A DNA stretch of 64,000 nucleotides, taken from Ylistrum balloti. Lineage: Eukaryota. This document shows positions 13,401 to 24,822 of this stretch, piece by piece. Numbering within the stretch: the stretch's first letter is position 1; the number at the start of each line of letters is the position of its first letter. The notes beneath the pieces are model-generated. The model saw nothing but the letters and a program-made list of their open reading frames with translations, ran no database searches and was not told the origin of the DNA. The stretch spans positions 1,178,001 to 1,242,000 of the forward strand of contig NW_026782361.1 of assembly GCF_031769215.1 (NCBI RefSeq), given 5' to 3'. The translations under genes were made by a program, and so were the position numbers.

Positions 13401-15170
13401 TGTGTGTATAACTGACATTACATGGTTGTGTGTATAACTGACATTACATGGTTGTGTGTATAACTGACATGACCTGGTTGTGTGTATGATAACTGACATT
13501 ACATGGTTGTGTGTATGATAACAGACATTACATGGTTGTGTGTATGATAACTGACATTACATGGTTGTGTGTATGATAACAGACATTACATGGTTGTGTG
13601 TATGATATCTGACAGAAAATTGTATCTATAACTGACATTGCCTGGTTTTGTGTATGATCTCTGAATAATGTCTGATGTCCTATTTCAGTTGGAACTAAAA
13701 AAGACAGTCCTAGATAGGATGGTTCATCTATTCAGTCGAGGATTTGTTCTGCCTGTAGTCACCTATGTCAAGAACTGTGTTGACAAACCGGACACTGACA
13801 TCTCTTTAGTACGACATTTTGTCACAGAGGTGAGCACTTCATCTTGCTTAAACATATATATTTCCACTTTCATGAAAAGGAAATTGAAAGCCATGTGGTA
13901 GAATAATCCTATAATATAAGAGGCCATTGTTGGCTTATATATTATCTGATGTTATTGTGCTAGCTGTGACTGGTAACCAGGCATAGACCTACAATTAGAT
14001 ATTAAAAGACCATAGCCATCATCAGATCAATTGGTCATATGATGATGGTTCATTGTTCGTCTGTCCAATGTCCAATAAACAATACTCGGAATTGCTGTTT
14101 ACTTATGAAGTACAAATTGGCTGAAAGGATTAAGATCTTGGATTTTGACAATGAAATATTGTTATTGCTATTTCTTGAGAAGTAAAGGATGAATCTTTCT
14201 CAAATTTCATATTTAGGTTCCACTAGGTCCCTAGGTGTGCTGTCTTGATTAGAAAAATAAAATGACTGACAGGCAGTCATCTATTATTTGACAGTTAAAT
14301 TTATCTTCACTATTTCTTATCAAGTACCTGGTCCTTAGTTGTGCCGTTTAGATTTTGGAACTAGTCAGAAAGCAAAATGGCTGATAGAAGCTATCTTGAA
14401 TTTGACTATGAAAGCTGGTAATTGCTCTTTTGATTTTGGGTTGATCAGGAAAAAAATGGCATGCATTTGACAGTTAAAAGTTTTTATCACTCTATAATTT
14501 TTCAATCTTTATCAAAGAGACATTTTCTAATTTCATATAATTAAGAGTAAAACAAAAAAAGTGGGAAAAAAAAGATCAAGCAATGGTTGGCATTAAGATC
14601 CTTCTAGGATCTCCATCTTATGTCATTATTATTGGTTCCTTCCGAAGTAGGAGAAATATTCATAATCCTCACCTCTTCACCTGAGACTATTGAAAGTTTC
14701 AAATAAGTCTAGGTTTATTGTCACCAAGTAGACATGTCTTGTTAGCAAAACTAACTGACTCACCAGTGGATTTATTGTTTCAGATCCTAGATATTATTGC
14801 TCCTCCGTACACACCAGAGTTTGTCCAGTTATTCCTCCCATTAATAGAGAACAAGGCCATCACAGGCTCCATCAGGACTGAAGACGGTAGTGATCCTGTG
14901 TCAGAGTTCATAGGTAAATTCTCAGTGTAAATGTTCAGAGGTCATCATAGATCATTACATCAGCACATAAATGCCATAAGAATGTATAGTATATGTAATT
15001 GGTTCATTATTGTTCCTATCCTAAGAAAGCCATGTTACATTTGTTTACATGCTTGTATGTAGTTTGTCGCTGCCCCAGCAATCAAGTCTTCCTCTAAAAT
15101 TTGTCTTTTGAGGACAATAAAATTTATGTTTATCCTACAGGCCATTGTAAAATGTCATCATACATATGAG
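4455..15170 (+). CDS. NELFCD: Negative elongation factor C/D (TH1-like), 16 exons, 574 aa
   Basis: Exons 4455-4505, 5761-5873, 6424-6533, 6718-6827, 7437-7544, 7847-7999, 8229-8359, 8739-8859, 8969-9035, 9930-10042, 10530-10666, 10918-11032, 11753-11848, 13689-13829, 14784-14913, 15142-15170 sum to 1725 nt, one open frame ending TGA. Hallmarks: [101 protein letters not shown]. Confidence 0.97.
9126..9601. repeat. 35-bp minisatellite, ~13 copies, NELFCD intron 9
   Basis: Unit GATTACTAAGACAGTACAGCTATTGTTTCAAATCT. Confidence 0.97.
10720..10936 (+). repeat. 54-55-bp tandem repeat x4 spanning the NELFCD exon-12 acceptor
   Basis: ATGTGACAG|ATTT ends at 10753, 10808, 10863 and 10917; only the last copy continues into coding sequence. 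Confidence 0.92.
11980..13660. repeat. 29-bp minisatellite (26-bp variants), ~55-60 copies, NELFCD intron 13
   Basis: Unit TTACATGGTTGTGTGTATGATAACTGACA. Confidence 0.98.
14010..14500. mobile_element. Degenerate non-autonomous element (Helentron/HINE-like), NELFCD intron 14
   Basis: Repeated degenerate AAAATG(A/G)CTGA..G..G.CAT.T motifs and a GTTCGTCTGTCC microsatellite-like head resemble bivalve HINE elements as I recall them; boundaries are uncertain. Confidence 0.35.
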
Positions 15171-18121
15171 GGGAATCCTGACATTTCAACATCAATGCAG
15201 ACAACCAAAAATGTCAAGAATAAGTCCACCCAGAGGAAATAAGTCCTCCAGCCAGAGGAAATCGCAGCAAGATGAACTCTGTTTATTGGAATAGAGAAAG
15301 ATCTCTACTGTGGACCAGAAATCTGGACTGGAGCAATACATTCCTTCTACCAAAGCAGGTCTTTGGTATGACCTGGTGTCAGCTGGAGGAGTGGTCCAAT
15401 CAACAGCATGCCAAGTGGTATAGTATCCACATGGTATGAACACTGCAATCTGAACACTTTCAATCAGTATTTTGGATGAAGGTGGTCTGAATTTCATGGA
15501 TTGTGAATACCTGTACTAGAATGTGATCAGGTGTGAAGAACCTTATCCAATCTGTTCATCAGTATAGGACATGCTTCCATACACCACTGCTGTGAAATAG
15601 CAATGTACACCAATTAAGGTACTAGGTGAAGATTTTTCTGTGACCAGATAGCAGGATTGAAAACTTCCTAGAAATGCTCTCAAACAGGACAACAAAAATA
15701 TCAACATGACAAAAAATGTTGCTTGAAGTTCATGAATGTCGTGTGTGTAAGGTACCATTCAGGCTTGTTATTATCTCAAAGTTCATTTATTTTTCTCTTT
15801 CATTGTCAGATACTGTAGTGCCTGTTTCCATGATATCATTGTCTATGTTTAATTTCCCTAAATTATATAGTATTCATCAGAATTTGGAGTTCAGTAAATA
15901 CGTTTAGTTAGAAAATATAACAAGTAATTCACATTTTATTGTAGATGTGAAGTATTTAGCATTAGGTAGTTTTTTTCTTTCTATTATTCGTAAAACCAGG
16001 GCCTGGTATTTGCCATCAGGTTTATTGAAGTAAATGTATTAATCCTACCTATCTATGAACTCATCAATGATGATGATGGACCATTAAGGATCACAAAAAC
16101 ATGTCTACTGACAACTTGATCCCAGTATACTTATAATAATACGCTGTGGGAAAACAAACGAGTACTATGTCATAGCAAAGCATATACTGCTTCCAGGGTA
16201 GAAATAAAGGCACCATGTTGGAAAAATAACAAGAAGTTCATTTCACAATATTTCTTCTTTTTAATTCATTATGAAATTATGTAATCAAATATTTTTGATA
16301 TATTCCCAGGGTTGGGAAATAAACTAAACTCATAAATATCTATAAAAAGTTATGGATGATTTTTATCTCACAGAGTAATGAATGGTAAGATTGTACAAAT
16401 CTTGCCTTAACTTAACACCCACAACAAGTATTGCCATAGAGATAATGAGTCATACGACACATAAACAGGTTTCTACGAAACTTCACCAGTAACTGTACAT
16501 AATTAGTACATTTCTATTTACAAATAAAACAAGTAAAACTACTTATATATATGGACTTGTGTTATTTTAACACATACTGGACATGTGGCTGAGGTACAAA
16601 TCTTATAAATAAATGTAGAATTCAATCCTTTACCTACAATACATCCACAGAGACACCAGTTACATAACACGCCTTCTGAACTATCTGCCTCTATAACTGC
16701 TCAGTTAAAATATACCAGTGTGCTTGGCACACATTCTCCAAGATTCTTGACTTCATATTTTCAAAATAAAATTTCCTTTCATGAAATCATGATGCAAAAT
16801 ATAATTATTTCATTCTGATTAATTGTTATCAAACTGGAAAGTGTAGAGATTTAAACGATTTGGCCTGAAATAAACTCTACAACAGTACTGGAGATCTGAA
16901 CTAATGTAAAAACTAACAAACAATATATCAAACTCCTTATTGATACAACTGAGTAACATTAACTGCATATGGAAAGAATTTCCCTGGCAACAATACTGTT
17001 CTAATAAACAACAATGAATGAGAAGATTGAAGTCTACAGGGTGTGTTGTGTTGGTTTTGCTGCTGATAGTTAACACAGACAATTAAAAATATAAAAACAT
17101 CAGAAATATGATAGAGCAAGGACACAACAACTGCTCCTGTGATAAATCTAGCTATATATAAAAACAACACTTCTGTATCTTATAGCACTTTAAGCAAACA
17201 ATTTTCCTAAGTTAGCAATACCTTGATTTTCCATACCAAATTTTTTTTTCTAAATAGAAGCCTAAATCAACACAATCTTATTGAAAATCTCTATACATAT
17301 ACATGATACCAGTTTGACACTGACATTTGTACATCAAAAAACACTGGACACTCAGTTCATCGGTCAAATATGGAAACTGAGCAGAGAACATTGACCATTC
17401 ACCTGTAATCATGTGAATTTATCGTTTGTATCGCAAACATGTATTATTGTGAACTTTGTCAAAATTCCGAATACAACATACTGATATGATTTTAAGCACC
17501 TTCAGTGAACATAGCAGATATCTTTGCTGTAACCAGTGGTAAATATACAGATCCTTATCATCTTTTATCACATGATTAGTATTCAATGAATATATCCATG
17601 TCATATGTTTGCGTATTACACAGGTGTAAAATAGCTTATTCTGACATCACTTTATAAAATGAAATGTCACACATTCTGATAGCATTGTGATGTGACAATG
17701 GAAATCAAAGATACAGAGAGGGAATGAATTAAAGTTTGATGTAAAAATTGTCTACCATATTTGATTGTAAAATTGATCATGTGATAACAAAGATCTCAGA
17801 TTTGCTTCCGTTTGATAGGTGATTAATAAAACATGTCGTAATTTTTTTAACTTCAGCTTGCTCAAGACTTGCTCAAATAAAATTTTTTAGACTAGTTTCA
17901 TAAATTTACTTATAAAATGGATACCCAGACAATATGCTGTAAGTTTCTGACCCTCTAAAATGGACATGAAACAAGGCATGCTTACCTTATACTGGAGTTC
18001 TTCAGTTTAACTGGTAAACAACATCAACAAACTTTAACATACCTTCAGTAAAACCTTATATAAGGCTTACATACCATTTCACTGTGACCTTTGGTAAGAT
18101 CTAGATGTTTTTCACCATCAT

Positions 18122-18288
18122 CTTCAGGGCTATTCCAGTAAAACATGAACTTGATACCAGGTCTAGAAAAAATTAATCACTGAATTCCATGGCTAAGCTA
18201 ATTTTCAAATTTTTGTGTGGTTCCTCTTCACAAAACTTTTAGTCCACAATTGGGATACATGGTAGATGTTTTACTGGAGTAGCCTGGA
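18122..18288. mobile_element. Small MITE-like element with GGGCTATTCCAGTAAAACAT inverted termini
   Basis: 18127-18146 GGGCTATTCCAGTAAAACAT versus 18266-18285 ATGTTTTACTGGAGTAGCCT (18/20 inverted match). Confidence 0.55.
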
Positions 18289-20029
18289 GTGCTTTTAAGG
18301 TGGCAAATATCATGAAGTATCATGTATTCTTAGTGACTGGAGATGCAGGTATCTATCTTAGTAATATACATGCATCTACCTAAGTAATGTCAAGTGTGAC
18401 CTTTGACCTTGAACTACAGATATGGACCTGAAATGGTAACCATACCTATATTTTATGAAGGCTATAGGAGCACACATCTCCACAGATACAAGCTAAATCT
18501 TGAAGGGCGACCTTTGACCCTGGATCAAGGATATTAATGTATTGACTAGTTCTGGTAAATGACCATGAACTCTGCAATGGTTCAGAAATTGGTCCTGGCA
18601 AGCAAAAACATGAACACCAGACTAAGTTGTATACAGCACACGTTGAACTATTAAAGTCTCCTTAGCTTTTTCAGAAAACGTTTTCATAATCATCTTGATA
18701 AAGTACTTCTAATGCATTGAATTAACACTAATCATAGCTTAGATTCTGGTCCAGATTATTGAATCTACATTATTGTACTTCCATCCTTTAATATCATTAT
18801 ATGAATATTTATACACATATCATAATCAAAGTTAATCATTGAAATGATACACAAGTAATGTTGCCAATCATGATCTGTACCAAACTGAACACTGCTATGT
18901 AAGTACATATACACTACAACAAAAATGTTTCAATATAAGAAAATTAAAAATTTTACCATATAAGAATACAAATTCTAGTAAATTACAAAGGAAAGCCAAG
19001 GGAATTTGCATATGTGTTAGTACTACCAAGAAAATGAGGTAGAAACAAACAGGTCAAGCTTAATAGTAGGGACAGAGCCAAATACTGTCCAGAAATTGAA
19101 GACTTACTTGCAGTCTTACAGTAACATCCCAATAATGGTTAAAACACTACAGAGATTCTATCATATGGATTACAAAAGAGAAGATAACTGGTGATGATAC
19201 AGGTTGACTTGTTTAATAGCACTTGAACACTATAGCGGTTACATTTTGTTTGGCTGTTGGTATCGCTGTCAGTGATTGAATGTGTGATGTTACAAGGATG
19301 GACCTGAACACAATCAAGATTTATGACCCAATTTTCATAATCAAACAGTCTACTCTACCGTAGGGCAAATATGAAATTAAAATTACCAACATGGTCCAAG
19401 GGAAACTCTTAAGATTGACCTGGATAATTAGCTAAAGTGTACAACATTCAAGTAAAAAAACAATCAACACTTACGATGCAAAATACAAGAAAGATAATGA
19501 GTTTGTGGTAATTCAACTGATCATCATGATCAAGTTTTAACAGACACTATTTTTCTGGACCTAACTTATGGTAGATATCTTCAGAATGAATATGCTGTGA
19601 ATGCATAGACACAATCAGTTCAATGGAAGTCCTGAGGTATGACAAGGAAACTATAAACAAGTCAGTGACACTAATGCATGTGCCACAAAACTTTTCAATG
19701 ATGCTGATGAGTGGCCTGTCTTACTCAAACATCATGTTGGTTGTTGTATTTTTGTTCAAAGTCATGAAATATACAACACTAAAAATATGTATTGTACAAA
19801 TTTACAGAGCCTTCATTACTTTGTGTTATAATGATAATCTGGGTACATCTGGAAAGTCATATTTCTGGTCACTATAATATGACCATTGAAAAGACTTTTT
19901 CTGTTAAAAATCAACCTCTCTATGTTGAGATTGATCTAGTGTTTCCCAGGAAAAGAAAAGATACTTATTCTAGAACTGCTAAATATGTCTTCAAAGAACT
20001 AGGAGAGATGTGTCTAGACTATAACAGAA

Positions 20030-20456
20030 TAATAATCATTAGATGTTACCGTACACAAGACAGATGTGATTCACCTTACAGTTATATCTCTACCATTAGA
20101 TGTTACTTAACACAAGATAGCTGTGATTCAATTTACAGTTATTATATCTCTACCATCAGATGTTACTAATCACAAGATAGCTGTGATTCAATTTACAGTT
20201 ATTATAACTCTACCATTAGATGTTACTAAACACAAGATAGCTGTGATTCAATTTACAGTTATTATAACTCTACCATTAGATGTTACTAATCACAAGATAG
20301 CTGTGATTCAATTTACAGTTATTATAACTCTACCATTAGATGTTACTAAACACAAGATAGCTGTGATTCAATTTACAGTTATTATAACTCTACCATTAGA
20401 TGTTACTAATCACAAGATAGCTGTGATTCAATTTACAGTTATTATACCTCTACCTG
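20030..20456. repeat. 60-bp minisatellite, ~7 copies
   Basis: Unit TGTTACTAAACACAAGATAGCTGTGATTCAATTTACAGTTATTATAACTCTACCATTAGA; the 60-nt display lines repeat almost verbatim. Confidence 0.97.
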
Positions 20457-23400
20457 TGATGCATGTTAGCAATCACTATGTAACTCTGATTATATGATTA
20501 AGGTTTTCTTTGTGTTAAAGGACAAATGTCAATAAACTGTGACTGAAACAATGCTTAGGTCAAAGGTTACATAAATGTTTTGAAGTAACCTCAAGCATAG
20601 ACCAAAATGGAGAGTAGTGAAATAATATAAAGCGCTGACCAAAAAAGTACACTAATTACATGTAGGGGTATTTCAGTCACTTTCAAACCATAGTCTGTTC
20701 TCATTTCTATTCTCAATAAAGAGGAGATTACTGTCAATTAGACTTGTGATTTGTTCAATATCAACATAATTTCTCAAGATATAGTCTGTCTTCTATTGCC
20801 ACTTTGCTTATTCACTGGGGGAAAATATAGATTTATGATACATTTTTTCTGCTGGAAATAATGAAAAAAATAACACCAACAATAACTGTATTTCCCTGCT
20901 GGTAGAAAAAAAATTCAAATAATATAAGAAATAAATCTTAGTATAATGAATGGAATAAAAAAAAATCCTCTAATTTCATCATAGCAAACAGTAAACAAAC
21001 TCTTCTTTCAGGTTTGAAATTATTTTGATACAATTGATTTGCATTATATGAGCTTAGATATTTGACTGGTGATGAAAGTCTGTAAAGTACTCTGGAGAAA
21101 ATGCACTAAAAGTGTCAGTACATACACTCAGTTCTCAAATTCACATTGATGATCTGAAAACTTCAATAGTGATTAAAAATGTTCAAGAAAAATAAAGCCT
21201 TTTAGCAGGAATAATAAAATAAATATATCTTTATAACAAAAACAGTGTTATGAGGCCAATATTGCAAGGTCCTGTGATTAAACATACCAACAAGTGTTTT
21301 GTAGATATGACAACAGGACATCCAAACATGATACTAGCTAGAAAACTATAGACCACAATGTGAAGCCCTGCTTTGTAAGAAAAAGTGACAAGTAATGATA
21401 AGCTTGGGTATGATTACAGAATGACAAAGTATATTCAGCATAAAGTTTTTTGTATGGTGACTGAAATACATATCTCAGTCCAATGATTACTGTTACACAA
21501 AAATGTCTGACACAAAGGTCAGTGTAAGTTTAAAGGTCAAACCAAGGCCATATGGTGTTAAGGTCACCAAAGGTCATGGTTGACTGCTGCCTTGCAGGGG
21601 TTAGGCACTGCCCTTTCCTGCTTAAACAAAAAGTGTCACATGAACATCTAATCCACTTCCCATTAATGTCACAAATTTACAGTGATACTAATTAATGATT
21701 TCCCGTTTCTCTTCTCACCCCAAGTCAGGTGACGCACCAATAATTCCAATGATACTGATACATCACTTTTGATTGCATTCTTGTTGCTGTCTAACTTAAA
21801 AGTTTCACATTCCTAGGTCTGCTGTTTGGGGTCACACCTTTCTCTAATGAAACACCAAATAACACGCCACATACACATTCACATACACAATGACTTGCAG
21901 CTACTTTTGATGGAATCATTTTACAGAACTCCTGCAAAACGGGTTTGGCACAAATGGGGTTTTCTTTAAAAATTTCAAAGCTCTGCCATAAAATACTTTT
22001 GGAGGTATATTCTTGAAATAAATAAATGGGGATTGATAACCACCCTCACCATTCATAATGATATTCTTCCTTGGGCTCACTTCAGACCTTACCCTATACA
22101 TTACCCCTATACATCATAATTCTACATCCCTGCCTTATGTTTCAAGTTCTGGAATAGCCATGATTTAGTTAGGACAGTAAAACATCTACCTGACCCCAAG
22201 ACTCCAAAATAAATTGCTTCTATCCATTGTTTGATTTTCATTTTATTACTTCAAAGAAAGTTATCAATTAAATTCTATGAGTGGTACCCTTTCACAAAAC
22301 ACATCGAGTACTTCGATGGGTTATGGGTTTACTGGAATGGCCCAAAGCAGATATCAGCTACTGAGGGTATACAGTTGATCTTGATTTCTCATTTATGTAC
22401 CAGATGAAAGCAGTTTGAACAAAAAAAAAAACTCAGACGATTTATAAATATCTGTTTCGAAAATAGGTATGAGATCAAGAATTCTATTTTACTATTATTT
22501 ACAAATTTTGAGCAAGGTCTGTGGTGTATACCTACTTTCCCCACTAAATATAGTACATAATAACTGGTTTTAGATTATGGAATGGAAGAGACAAGACACT
22601 TCTCACATCAGTTCCAAACTCACAGTCTACACACATGACCACAGCACATGTGACCTTCAACAACCTCATCACACATAAATAAATGAATTACAGACCCAAC
22701 AACCAACATTTATTATCTGACCCCTAATCTACAAGCAGACCCTTTTATCAATCAACAATTTGAGTACAAAGTTCATATCTCGGTCAGTTCCCACAGTCAA
22801 TTACCAAGAATTGCTCAGTAAATCTGTTTAGAACATTTACTTAACTTTCCAATCATAAAGCATTTGGAAACAAAACTAAAGCCTTCATAACTGTTTTTTT
22901 CACCATTGTCGTAAATTTCGTTACTTCAATTTTTTTTTCCTTTCCAAGTAAGAAAGTTTTTCAAAGCAACAAGCTTTAATACTGACATTCAACCTCAGCA
23001 GTGACCTCTTTGTTTTACATTCAATCCTTCAATCCTATTCAGTTATCCAGTGAAACAATTGGCAATTTCCTGTAACAACCATGATACTGCACATGTTTCC
23101 TTTTAATAGTATCCCAAGCTACCCGGTTACCAGTACCATCCATCACAATAGCAATAGGACCATTCCATTATTCCCATTATGTAGGAAATGTTTTTCCCTC
23201 AAATCACAGTCTTTGGTAAACAGTACACCTGAAGCGTCTCCTCTTGTAATAGTAATGCTGGGTTAGTGAAACCAACACCTGATATTCTTATCACAAGTTC
23301 AGCTTTTACAACATAAATATTTTTCCAGTACATCACAGTTACCACTTGGAACGTGTCTCCGAGCCACGTAATACCTGCACCCTCTGTATCTCATCATCAG

Positions 23401-23760
23401 GCTATCGCTCTAACTTTCCTTACATGTCAATCACTCTTGTTACAGTAGACATTGCAATAGACATCTCCTCTCCGTTAAAAACAGACTTGGCTACAGATAC
23501 GTCTCTAGTTCTCCTGATTTGACCAACGTAGTTGACAATCTAATACCAAGATTTCTGTCAGTGTTTTAAGGTCTCCTTATGAAGCCTACCAATTCTCTGG
23601 GGTAGTTTGGACTTAAAAAAGATATTTATGGGTCTCCTTCCTGTTACTTCCATTAAAATCTTCCTCAGAGCAGATGCTACTTTCCAGATATATTTTTCTA
23701 GCTCATTTGATGTGGCCATAACAAGCACACACAACCACAGCTTTTGTAGCCATCAGTTTC

Positions 23761-24230
23761 TCTGTTAGAGCAGATACGACTACATCAACATTTCTATCCT
23801 GCTGCAGCCTTCACCCTATCTCTGTTAGAGCAGACACAACTCCAGTTACCAACAGCACGAATACCTTCACTTTTTTCCTGCTGTAGCCTTCATTCTTCCT
23901 CTGTTAAGACACAACTCCAGTTACCAACAGCACGAATACCATGACTTTTTTCCTGCTGCAGCCTTCACTCTCCCTCTGTTCGAGTGGACACAATTCTGGT
24001 TACCAACAGCACGAATACCATGACTTTTTTCTCGTGTTGCAGCCTTCTCTCTCCCTCTGTTAGAGTAGACACAAGTCCAGTTACCAAGAGCACAAATACC
24101 TTGACTTTTCTCTGTTTCAATCTACACTCTCCATCTGTTAAGACACAACTCCAGTTACCAACAGCACGAATAGCTCAACTTTTCCCTGCAGCTGCAACAT
24201 CCACACTTCCCCTGTTAGAGCAGGTGTGAC
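23761..24230. repeat. Old degenerate ~60-81-bp tandem repeat, ~7 units
   Basis: TCTGTT(A/C)GAG/AAG anchors at 23761, 23821, 23900, 23975, 24056, 24134 and ~24211; shared core CACAACTCCAGTTACCAACAGCACGAATACC. Confidence 0.8.
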
Positions 24231-24822
24231 TTCCCAGATTTATCCCTCCAGTCATAGCCATCGATTTCTATGTAAAGGCTGACAGGCTGTCAGTTTTTTT
24301 AGGCAGGCAGCAGATCTGACTACCAGCACTCTCTAGACCACAGCCTGTTTAGAGTAGCTGTGACTTCCTGTACAGTTCAGCTCTGGATTCCATTCCAGAA
24401 AGCACAAGTATCCTACTTCTCCTCTACTGATCTGGGGATTTTAAGTGCCCATGCCTTCACAGAAACATCCCACTCAGGAACATGTGGATTCCTAATGCCA
24501 AGTGGACCTCTTAATCTGGTTAACTGGTTAAGTGTCTTTCTCCAGCAATCACCTAGGGAAACATGGCGATGTTCCCTTCTATATCTGTAGACCTTTCATA
24601 TGGTTGGCGAGCATTGACAGCTGTTGAGCTGACTGTGTAGAGACACAGTATATAAACAAGGTTTTACTCCTTGCCCAAGACAACTGTTCCACCATGTGTA
24701 AGCAGCATACATCTGTCTTTCTGTATACAAACCTGTACCTTCTAAAGCTTTACACACCTGTCTCTAAGAGACGGATAAAAAAGTTTAATTTGTTTTTACC
24801 AAGTGCTATCTAGGGTATCCCC

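Noticed and set aside
15192-15497. 101-aa minus-strand ORF downstream of the NELFCD stop
   Set aside because: No recognisable motif; it lies antisense to the presumed NELFCD 3'UTR, and its length is compatible with chance.
18075-18162. Exon-like minus-strand segment with good splice sites and an open frame (PGIKFMFYWNSPEDDGEKHLDLTKGHSEM)
   Set aside because: It overlaps a MITE terminus, has no phase-compatible neighbouring exons that I could find, and shows no recognisable homology.
19792-20497. Two ~125-aa ORFs
   Set aside because: They derive largely from the 60-bp tandem repeat; no recognisable domain or convincing splice context.
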